Below are positions 56,415 through 64,000 of a DNA stretch of 64,000 bases, in pieces. Both the position numbers and the translations under genes were made by a program. The notes beneath the pieces were generated by a model. That model was not told where the DNA came from. It was given only the letters and a program-made list of their open reading frames with translations, and did not search any database. Numbering within the stretch: position 1 is the stretch's first letter; each line of letters begins with the position of its first letter. This stretch comes from Dehalococcoidia bacterium (GTDB lineage Bacteria; Chloroflexota; Dehalococcoidia; SHYB01): NCBI GenBank assembly GCA_965220155.1, contig OZ244810.1, positions 3,445,298-3,509,297 of the forward strand, in the 5' to 3' direction.

Positions 56415-57528
56415 GTACTCACTATCAATAGACAGCGTTAGGTGATAGACTCCCTCCATGGGAGTTGCAACACCTATCGATTTGACTGACGACGAACGGG
56501 ACACCTTGACGACCTTGGTGCGCAGTGCCACCGCTGAGCAGCGTCTGGTGCAACGAGCCCGCATAGCGCTGGAAGCAGCAGCGGGTAAGCCGACGAAGGA
56601 GGTCGCCGCCTTGTTGCACGTGCGCCCCGCCACGGTGAGCAAGTGGCGCACCCGGTTTGCCCAACACCGTGTGGCGGGATTGGCCGACGCGCCTCGGACA
56701 GGGAAGCCCCGCGTGTATGACGAGACGACGGAGCGGCGGATAGTGGCGCAGTTGGACCAGCCGCCGCCGGATGGGTACACGACCTGGACGGGCGGGCTGG
56801 TGGCAAAGGCGTTGGGAGACGTTCCGGCGCTTCAAGTGTGGCGGGTCTTGCAGAAGCACGGGATTCCCTTGCAGCGACGGCGCAGCTGGTGCGTGAGCAC
56901 CGACCCCCAGTTCGAGCAGAAGGCTGCTGACATCGTGGGGTTGTACCTGGACCCGCCGGAGAATGCCGTGGTGGTCAGCGTGGACGAGAAGCCCGCCATC
57001 CAGGCTCTGGAGCGCGCCCAGGGGTGGCTGCGGCTCCCCAACGGCAAGGCGGTTCGCGGGCATACCCATGAGTACAAGCGCCACGGGACCACGACCCTCT
57101 TTGCTGCCTTGGAAGTGCATACCGGGACCGTCGCCGTGGGCCACTACCGCCGTCGCCGCCGTCGGGAGTTCCTGGACTTCATGAACCGGGTGATCGCCCA
57201 ACATCCCGAAACGGAGCTGCATGTGATCCTCGACAACCTGAACACGCATAAGCCCAAGCATGACCGGTGGCTTGCCCGCCACCCGTCGGTCTCTTTCCAT
57301 TACACACCGACCCATGCTTCCTGGCTGAACCAAGTGGAGGTGTGGTTCAGCATCCTGACCCGAGCCGTGCTCCGGGGCCTGAGCGCCACGTCTCCCCACC
57401 AGGTACGCCAAGCCATTGACCGCTTTACTGATTCGCGTAATGAACACCCCGTGCCCTTTGAGTGGACGAAGAGTGTGGCGCACCCCGGTGGGCTCAAACA
57501 ACGTTACGCTGATTTAGGATACTAGGTA
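56415..57528 (+). mobile_element. IS630-family insertion sequence (1114 bp) with about 28-bp imperfect TIRs and TA target duplication
   Basis: Left end TA|gtactcactatcaatagac.., right end ..gatactaggtac|TA (revcomp ctagtacctagtatc). Confidence 0.8.
56458..57525 (+). CDS. IS630-family transposase (HTH plus DDE, single ORF)
   Basis: N-terminal HTH (ATVSKWRTRF), DDE region with LDNLNTHK motif; stop codon within right TIR. Confidence 0.85.
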   Translation: MGVATPIDLTDDERDTLTTLVRSATAEQRLVQRARIALEAAAGKPTKEVAALLHVRPATVSKWRTRFAQHRVAGLADAPRTGKPRVYDETTERRIVAQLDQPPPDGYTTWTGGLVAKALGDVPALQVWRVLQKHGIPLQRRRSWCVSTDPQFEQKAADIVGLYLDPPENAVVVSVDEKPAIQALERAQGWLRLPNGKAVRGHTHEYKRHGTTTLFAALEVHTGTVAVGHYRRRRRREFLDFMNRVIAQHPETELHVILDNLNTHKPKHDRWLARHPSVSFHYTPTHASWLNQVEVWFSILTRAVLRGLSATSPHQVRQAIDRFTDSRNEHPVPFEWTKSVAHPGGLKQRYADLGY

Positions 57529-58039
57529 CTAGACATAATCGAGACCCTTCGTGTTGGGGTTCAGTTTAGCGTTGTAGCCATAGGACTGACCGATGCTGCT
57601 CAGCTAGCCCCCACCGCTCACGACAGTACCTCAGCGGCACCACGCGCGAGGGGGTCGGTTTGCGGGCCACCAGCTGAAGCGCGGCTAGTCGTCTGGGTGG
57701 GCTAGTTTGACACCAATGGCATTGACAACCCCCAACAAGCCCCAATAGCCGTTCTGCGGCCCGCGATCCTTGCGTACCCCCATTGGCGTTCTCCTAGACG
57801 GTTACTCATGGCTCCAACATTCCACGCAGAGGCCCCAAGGGGGGTCTGGGCAGAAGTGGGTTCGCCGCTGACGCTCAGCTTTGAGACACAGGAATCTCAA
57901 GCGAAGAACACTCTAGCCAGTGGTTGCACCAACCGCCAGCAGCGAAGTGCAGGTTGCGCTGATGCTAACGGGCTAAGCTCTAACCTTCCCGCTCACCAGC
58001 AGTAGCAGCGCATCCCGCTGGCCGGTCAGCATCATCCCT

Positions 58040-58702
58040 TCAAGAAGAGCTTGCGATGGGTGGGTCTATTAGCTCACATTCATCCAGTGAAACGATATGA
58101 GAGGAAATTGAACCAATTGTCCCAATAGCCGCGATTCGGTCTCCAATATTGAGAACACTTAGTCTGGCACGCCAAATATCCGTGTCGAACCATAACGCCA
58201 CTAACGGCTGGGAGTTGGCAGGTTGTAGATGTACACCTACCTCCCGGGACACAGTGGATACGTCATTAACGGTCCCTTCCACTCTCATCCATTGACCAAT
58301 GTGGCGCCTGCTGATGTCTTTCGCTGCTAATTCTGTCTTCCCTGCTACTTCGGCTACCAGTTCGGCGGGCGTCCTTGGAGAGAAAACCTTGCCTGGAAAT
58401 TGACGACTAGTTTGCCATTGGACTGGAGGTGGTTGGGGTTGTGTTGGTATGGGAGGCTCATGAGGCTGCCATTGCACTGGAGGCGGCCCTGCCGGTTGGA
58501 GCTTAGACGGATCACGCTCCTCCATAAGCCACAAAACAGCCATCGTCAGAATCCCGCCTGTCACCACAAACACCAAAGACACTAATCCTGACACATCCTT
58601 TGTTATGGCGTACTCGACGACCCCAGCAAGGACACCAGGCAATATCAAGGCTACTGCGACGGCCACCCAATGTCGTTTTGCGTTTCTAATGACTTTTCGC
58701 AT
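58040..58702 (-). CDS. Hypothetical membrane-anchored protein (N-terminal TM, Pro-rich linker, C-terminal beta-rich domain); low GC
   Basis: ORF only; composition differs from flanks; adjacent to IS630. Confidence 0.45.
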   Translation of the reverse strand: MRKVIRNAKRHWVAVAVALILPGVLAGVVEYAITKDVSGLVSLVFVVTGGILTMAVLWLMEERDPSKLQPAGPPPVQWQPHEPPIPTQPQPPPVQWQTSRQFPGKVFSPRTPAELVAEVAGKTELAAKDISRRHIGQWMRVEGTVNDVSTVSREVGVHLQPANSQPLVALWFDTDIWRARLSVLNIGDRIAAIGTIGSISSHIVSLDECELIDPPIASSS

Positions 58703-58942
58703 TTAGCTGGTGTAAACCTCCATAGAAACACATCGCTAGTTTCATTGCGCCAGGGCTTGGGAGTGAACCCCTATTTCCCCACCCATACCTCCCCCGACAC
58801 CAGGCTTAGGCAGCAGTATGTTACGCTGCTCACCAAAGGCACGGGCCTCCGCTATGTTGGATCGGATATGTTCGTCCCATGGTAGCACTACGCGACTTAC
58901 TTCCCCGAGCTGCGTGGGCTCTAGCCGCCGGTGAACAGACCT

Positions 58943-59121
58943 CTAGGGCGTGTTCGCACTAGCCGTGAGGCAAAGGCTTGCCAAAGGCGTGGCGGGGCTG
59001 AGGTGGCTGGCGGGCAGCGCCTTAGATTCCTCGGCTGCGCCTCGGAATGACATGGGGGAGCGCTTTAAGACACGGGGGAGCGCTTTTCGTGTAGCGCGAG
59101 CGTAGTGTAAACAGGCCCTAG
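58943..59121. mobile_element. MITE-like repeat, copy C (with internal 19-bp duplication)
   Basis: About 90% identical to copy A; both TIRs and TA flanks intact. Confidence 0.6.
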
Positions 59122-59139
59122 GGCGGAAGGGAGAGCCGG

Positions 59140-60300
59140 CTATTCCCGCCCGAAGCAACGAGCGGCGTTCCCGCTCATCAGTCGCTCGATCACCTCGCCG
59201 GGCGCGCCGTGTTTCCGAAGGTTGTCGATGGCCTCACCGGGCGGCATCGTGTCATGGGCCGGGTAACGCGACCCCCAGGCGCCGATGTGCTCGAACTCGT
59301 CGTACAGGACCGCCACGGAGCTTTCCCAGGCGTCGAAGCTGATGACAGTGGGCCGCTCTCGGAAGACACGCTCGGGCTCCAGGCTCAGGTCCTTGATGCC
59401 GGAGGGCATCAGGGTCAGGTAACCCTCGAGCTTTTCGAAGGCCATGGGCAGCCAGCTCGCTCCGCCGTGCACGAAGGCGATACCCAGATTGGGGTAGTCC
59501 TCCATGAAGCCCGAAAAAGCGAAGGCCGTGAGGGCGGTCGCGTTGTCCATCATGGGAGCCGCCGCCTCGGCTACGTTATGCCCGATCTGCAGGTTGCCGG
59601 CGACGCGCTCGATGAAGTGCCCCTGTGAGGTCCAATCGGGGTTGGTGCCCCCTGGGGAGGGGCGTATACAGGCCACGATCCCCCGCTCCTCCAGGGCGGT
59701 GAACACCGGCTTGAACACCGGGTGATTCAGGTACCTGCCACCAACGAACGCCGGCCGCACCGCCGCGGCTCTGAATCCCTTGTCGGCCACCCGATCCGCC
59801 TCGTCCGCGGCGAACGCAGCGTCCTGCAAGGGAAGGACCGCCGCGGGAAGAAGCCGGTCGGGGGCGGCCCGAGAGAAATCCCATATCCAGTCGTTGTAGG
59901 CCCTCGCCAGAGCATAGGCGACGTCCGGGTTTTCGACGAGCGGAAAATACTCGGCGAACACCGTTGGGAACAGGACGGCGCTGCCGATGCCCATCGCGTC
60001 CATGTCTCTCAGGCGCGCGGTTGGGTCGTAAGCGCCTGGGGTGATCGGCCTGAACGCCCTGGGGTCCAGGTCGCCGATCTCGTCCGGAGTCATGCCCGGC
60101 TCGTAGATGGCCTGCCGGATGAGGGCGCCCTGGTTCATCGCCGGGAAGGCCTTGCCGTTGACGATGACGGTTACGGCTCCCGAATCGCTGACACGATGGT
60201 AGAACGAAGAACGGGCCGCGACCCGGTACTCCGGATCGAGGTAGCGCTCCCAGATATCCAGCGGCTCGAAGACCGCACTATCGATGTCGAAGACGTCCAT
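59140..60300 (-). CDS. Amidohydrolase-2 (PF04909) family hydrolase
   Basis: Family motifs, paralog of others in window. Confidence 0.8.
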   Translation of the reverse strand: MDVFDIDSAVFEPLDIWERYLDPEYRVAARSSFYHRVSDSGAVTVIVNGKAFPAMNQGALIRQAIYEPGMTPDEIGDLDPRAFRPITPGAYDPTARLRDMDAMGIGSAVLFPTVFAEYFPLVENPDVAYALARAYNDWIWDFSRAAPDRLLPAAVLPLQDAAFAADEADRVADKGFRAAAVRPAFVGGRYLNHPVFKPVFTALEERGIVACIRPSPGGTNPDWTSQGHFIERVAGNLQIGHNVAEAAAPMMDNATALTAFAFSGFMEDYPNLGIAFVHGGASWLPMAFEKLEGYLTLMPSGIKDLSLEPERVFRERPTVISFDAWESSVAVLYDEFEHIGAWGSRYPAHDTMPPGEAIDNLRKHGAPGEVIERLMSGNAARCFGRE

Positions 60301-60403
60301 GGGTAGGAACGAGGAGGCTCAGCGACGCCTCACCATGTCTGGCCGTCTTGGTGCATCTTGGGAACAGGTAGAGATGGCCTACGCGTGCCGGAGAAAGGGC
60401 TGC

Positions 60404-61828
60404 TTACCATGTCTGACCATCTCCCTGCGTCTTGGCGACGGCCCCGTGCTTTCTGGGGTTTGCCTCCCGCTCCCACCACTGATCGAAGGCCTGGTCCTCC
60501 TTGGGGAACCAGTCCGGCCGGACTATCGGCGCGGGCTCTTCGGTCACGAACTGGTGCTGCTCCAAACCGTAGAAGCGCGCGGCATTTGCCCCCATGAACT
60601 TCCGCTGCACCGCGGCCGGCACCTCCGCCTCTTCCATCGAGCGAAGGGCGCTCCAGGCATCGGCGCCATCGTGGTGGTAGCTGTCCGAGGCCCAGACGGC
60701 AACGTCCTCGAAATACTGCCATCGCCGGAAGATGGCGGGCTCGTCGCCCTCGAATCCTACGATGCACTGATCGAAGAAGGCCTCGCTGGGAGTCCTCCGC
60801 GCGTCGAACCGCCTCTCGTTCTTGTAGAGCTTGAACAGATGATCGCAGCGTTCCAGCAGGAGGGGCAGCCAGGAGGCGTTGGCCTCGAGGACCGCCATCT
60901 TGAGCCGGGGGTAACGGTCGAGGAAACCCGACAGCAGGATCTGTGAAAGCCAGGCCAGTCCCTCGAAGACAAAGGCAAAGGCCTGGGAGTCCACGCTCCG
61001 GCCCGTGCCCAGGCCGGTCCTGACCACCATCTCTCCGGGGGAGTCCATGGATGTCCTGGGCTCCTCGCCGTACATGGTGAAGGTGTGCATGCCCAGGACG
61101 ACCTGCGTCTCTTCGAAGGTCTTGAACAGCGCATCCATCGGGCGGACCCGCGGAGCGACCCGCGTGGCGTCCGGCAGGATGCGGTTGGGGTAACGGCCCC
61201 TCGCATCGGAGGGGCGGACCAGCGCGACCGGGAACTTCCTCTCGGCTATCCGCTTCAACTCGTCGATCGCGTGGAAGTTCGTTTGCAGCGGCAACACGCC
61301 CGCGCCGAACAGCCGCTTCGGGTCCGTGTCGCAGAAGTCCCGGAGCCAGTCGTTGTAGGCTCCAGCCAGGGCGCGGGCCCCGTTGGCGTCCTCCACGTAC
61401 GGCAGGTGGACGATCATCGCGGTGGGGACAATCAGCACCTGGTCGATCCCCATCAGGTCCATGTCGCGGAGCCTGGGCTCGGGATAGTAGGACCCCTTGT
61501 GGTTCACGTAGTCCATCTGCTCCTGGGTCAAGGGGTACATGGACTGAACGCGGCGCATCAGCTTCCGGTTCATGCCCGGCCCGGCGATCGAGCCCGAGTG
61601 GTAGGCGCGGTTCTCATCGAACTCGTGCTCCCCCGCCCCCGTGACCTGCCACCGCCCGTTGATGACGGCGCGGCGGCCGTCGTTCCAGTAGGACCGCTTG
61701 ACCAGATCGCGGTCCACGGGCTTGACGAAGTCCCATATCCCCTTGGGGTCCTGCACGTGGGCGTCACAGTCCAGGATGGGGAAATCCTTGGTGAGCCTGG
61801 TCGCTTCCCGCTGTTTCGTGATGGTCAT
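60404..61828 (-). CDS. Amidohydrolase-2 (PF04909) family hydrolase
   Basis: ILDCDAH N-terminal motif, family length. Confidence 0.8.
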   Translation of the reverse strand: MTITKQREATRLTKDFPILDCDAHVQDPKGIWDFVKPVDRDLVKRSYWNDGRRAVINGRWQVTGAGEHEFDENRAYHSGSIAGPGMNRKLMRRVQSMYPLTQEQMDYVNHKGSYYPEPRLRDMDLMGIDQVLIVPTAMIVHLPYVEDANGARALAGAYNDWLRDFCDTDPKRLFGAGVLPLQTNFHAIDELKRIAERKFPVALVRPSDARGRYPNRILPDATRVAPRVRPMDALFKTFEETQVVLGMHTFTMYGEEPRTSMDSPGEMVVRTGLGTGRSVDSQAFAFVFEGLAWLSQILLSGFLDRYPRLKMAVLEANASWLPLLLERCDHLFKLYKNERRFDARRTPSEAFFDQCIVGFEGDEPAIFRRWQYFEDVAVWASDSYHHDGADAWSALRSMEEAEVPAAVQRKFMGANAARFYGLEQHQFVTEEPAPIVRPDWFPKEDQAFDQWWEREANPRKHGAVAKTQGDGQTW

Positions 61829-61844
61829 GGTCTCTCCTTCCGCC

Positions 61845-62926
61845 CTACGAGCCAGGTACCAGCACGGTCCTGGTGACCTCTCCGCTCTTCATTGCTTCCA
61901 CGGCCTCGTTGGCCTCCTCGAGAGGCCGTTGCCGCGTGATGAGCTCGTCGATCTTGAGAGTCCCTTCCACATACAGGTCGACGATCTTGGGAAAATCCAC
62001 CCACGGGTTGGCGTCGATGAACCCGCCGCTGGACACGGTCTTGCCAAGCCCGGCGGGGAAGCTGACCTCCGAGCCTCGGGGGGCAATCCCCACGACGACC
62101 ATGTGCCCGCCCGGCGCCGTGGCGTCGAAGGTCTGGCGGATGGTCTTGACCGTGCTGATGACCTCGAAGCCATAGTCGGCGCCGCGCCCGCCGGTGAGGT
62201 TCCGGACCTCTTCCACCGGGTCCACCTTCGAGGCGTTCACGAGGTGGGTGGCGCCAAACTGCTCCGCTTTCTGGAGCTTGAAGTCCAGGACGTCCACGGC
62301 GATGATCCTGCCCGCCCGGGCCAGCGCGCACATCTGGACCACGTTGAGGCCCACCCCTCCACAGCCGACGATCACCACGCTGCTCCCGATGGGCACCTTG
62401 GCCCGGTTGATGACGGCGCCCATGGCGGTGCTGATCCCGCACCCTACGAGGCACACCTTGTCCAACCCGACATCACGGCGGACCCTGATCGCGCCGCGCT
62501 CCGGCACGACGGCATACTCGGCGAAGGATGAAACATTGGAGAAGTGGTGAATCACCCGTCCGTCACGGCTGATGCGGCTCGTGCCATCGAGAAGGAACCC
62601 CGGCCTGCTATTGGCGCATGCGGAGTTCCGGCCCGAGGCGCAGGGAGCGCACTTACCGCAACCGGGGAACATATTGATCAGAACGTGGTCTCCCTTGGTG
62701 ACTTCGGTCACCCCGGCTCCCACGCTTTCGACGATTCCCGCGGCCTCGTGGCCGGGAACGATCGGGACCCCGAAGGCGGGCATGTCCCCTTCCTGGGTAT
62801 GGCGGTCGGTGCCGCACACACCGGTAGCCGCGATCTTGACGAGGACCTCCCCGGCCTTCGGGTCGGCCAGGTTGACCGTATCCAGGGTCAGTGGGTTGTT
62901 GTACTCGTAGACGACCGCCGCCCTGA
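61845..62926 (-). CDS. Zn-dependent alcohol dehydrogenase (class III/FDH-like)
   Basis: ATGVCGTDRH catalytic Zn motif, GCGKCAPC structural Zn motif. Start at TTG 62926 (MLEIRAAVV..) with AAAGGA RBS. Confidence 0.8.
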
Positions 62927-63152
62927 TCTCCAGCAAGGCTTTTTCCTTTCGGCCACAACCGCGGCGGTTGGCCCAACCGCCGGGCCACTCATAGCAACGA
63001 GAGGTCAAGTAGGTAGGACTATACAGTCCGCAGGCCCAAGCGGCCAGTCCCATCCCTGTCTCCCCAGGACCAGCCCACGATTGACACCCCGCGGGCCCGC
63101 TCCTACATTAGCCATCTGACATTCCCGGAGAGCCCGCGAGGAGCCGACTCTC

Positions 63153-64000
63153 ATGCAGCCTCTGACAGGCATGACGGTCCTGGACCTGACCTGGCACGTG
63201 GCCGGGCCGTATGCAACGAAGATGCTGGCGGACTACGGGGCCGAAGTCCTGAAGGTAGAAAGGCCCCTGACCGGTGACCCCGCCCGCACCTACGGCCCCT
63301 TCCCCGGCGACATCCCGCACCTGGAGCGCTCAGGCACCTTCCTCCACCTCAACACGAATAAGCGCTCGATCACCGCGGACCTCAAGTCCGAGACAGGCAA
63401 GCGGATGGTCCGTGAGCTGGTGCGAGATGCCGACATCCTGGTGGAGAGCTTCTCACCGCATGTCATGGCATCCCTCGGGCTCGACTACCCAGCGTTGGCG
63501 CGGGTGAACCCTCGGATCGTCATGTGCTCCCTGAGCAACTTCGGCCAGGCGGGCCCCTACCGGGACTGGAAGGCGACGGACATGACGATCAACGCCTTGA
63601 GCGGACTCATGCTGACCACCGGTGTGGCCGACAAACCTCCACTGAAGCCCGCCGATCATCTGATGGCCTACCAGGCAGGGTCCCTGGCCGCCACCGCCGT
63701 CATGGGGGCGGTCCTGCACAGCCGGTGGGCCGGCGAAGGACAGCACATCGATATCGCGGTCTATGAGGTTGCGGCCGGCAGCTCCGACAGGCGCGCCACG
63801 GCTATCGTCTCCTATGAGTACAGCGGAGAGCCGCTAGCCCGGCAGGACCGTACCGGCTCCGCGCTGCCGGCGGGGACTTTTCCCTGCGCCGACGGTTATG
63901 CCAGCTTCATGATCAGTCCGCCCGCCCGGTGGGTCCGTTTCGCCCAAATGGTGGACAGGCCCGACCTCCTCGACGATCCCCGGTTCCAGGACCCGACCTC
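63153..64000 (+). CDS. CoA transferase, family III (CaiB/BaiF), 3' partial
   Basis: Manual translation from ATG 63153 gives MQPLTGMTVLDLTWHVAGPYATKMLADYGAEVLKVERP..., the family N-terminal signature; ORF runs off window end. Confidence 0.8.
   Translation, partial: MQPLTGMTVLDLTWHVAGPYATKMLADYGAEVLKVERPLTGDPARTYGPFPGDIPHLERSGTFLHLNTNKRSITADLKSETGKRMVRELVRDADILVESFSPHVMASLGLDYPALARVNPRIVMCSLSNFGQAGPYRDWKATDMTINALSGLMLTTGVADKPPLKPADHLMAYQAGSLAATAVMGAVLHSRWAGEGQHIDIAVYEVAAGSSDRRATAIVSYEYSGEPLARQDRTGSALPAGTFPCADGYASFMISPPARWVRFAQMVDRPDLLDDPRFQDPT

Noticed and set aside
56458-57525. Programmed frameshift in IS630 transposase
   Set aside because: Not needed: HTH and DDE regions are in one uninterrupted 355-aa ORF.
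57529-58039. Possible tRNA or ncRNA in the noncoding stretch next to IS630
   Set aside because: No cloverleaf, no GTTCGA T-loop or CCA-adjacent acceptor stem found on either strand. Treated as degenerate acquired DNA.
1-64000. CRISPR arrays, rRNA, tRNA genes
   Set aside because: No regularly spaced repeats of 25-40 bp with unique spacers and no rRNA/tRNA-like conserved blocks seen. The tandem repeats found are too few and irregular for CRISPR.

Overview
This 64-kb window is a high-GC (about 65%) bacterial chromosomal segment dominated by a catabolic-enzyme repertoire, plus one compact defense island, two uncharacterized selenoprotein modules and several small mobile elements.

Gene content. 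Six PF04909-type metal-dependent amidohydrolases, a D-aminoacylase-like amidohydrolase, four LLM-class (luciferase-like, flavin/F420) oxidoreductases, three family-III CoA transferases (one partial at the 3' edge), two Zn-dependent alcohol dehydrogenases, two MFS transporters and three orphan family-5 ABC substrate-binding lipoproteins (two of them a recent tandem duplication). Housekeeping genes include sat, lgt, a trxB-like reductase and an IscS-TusA sulfur-relay pair. No rRNA, tRNA or CRISPR array was found.

Most notable finding. Two loci (4350-6080 and 45171-48078) carry the same module: one or two paralogs of a conserved uncharacterized ~380-aa protein, then a small gene whose reading frame passes through an in-frame TGA inside a conserved 'GA-U-GSC' motif (UGSC-type selenoprotein, UxxC redox motif). 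Both TGAs are followed at the same offset by a conserved stem-loop consistent with a bacterial SECIS. The ORF track splits each selenoprotein gene into two pieces.

Second notable finding. A 9.5-kb co-directional five-gene island (31997-41474, minus strand, mosaic low GC) carries a Type III-like R-M pair in inverted order (res then mod). A TTG-start VapC/PIN gene overlaps the res stop (TTGA) and has no antitoxin gene. A low-GC orphan gene follows, and then a UvrD-like SF1 helicase with an N-terminal RelE/ParE-like domain.

Mobile elements. A ~160-180 bp MITE-like repeat family (14-bp TIRs, TA flanks) occurs 3-4 times; one copy sits exactly on the stop codon of the first selenoprotein gene. An intact IS630-family element (1114 bp, TA duplication) lies next to a low-GC stretch. 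Several short intergenic tandem repeats were also seen.
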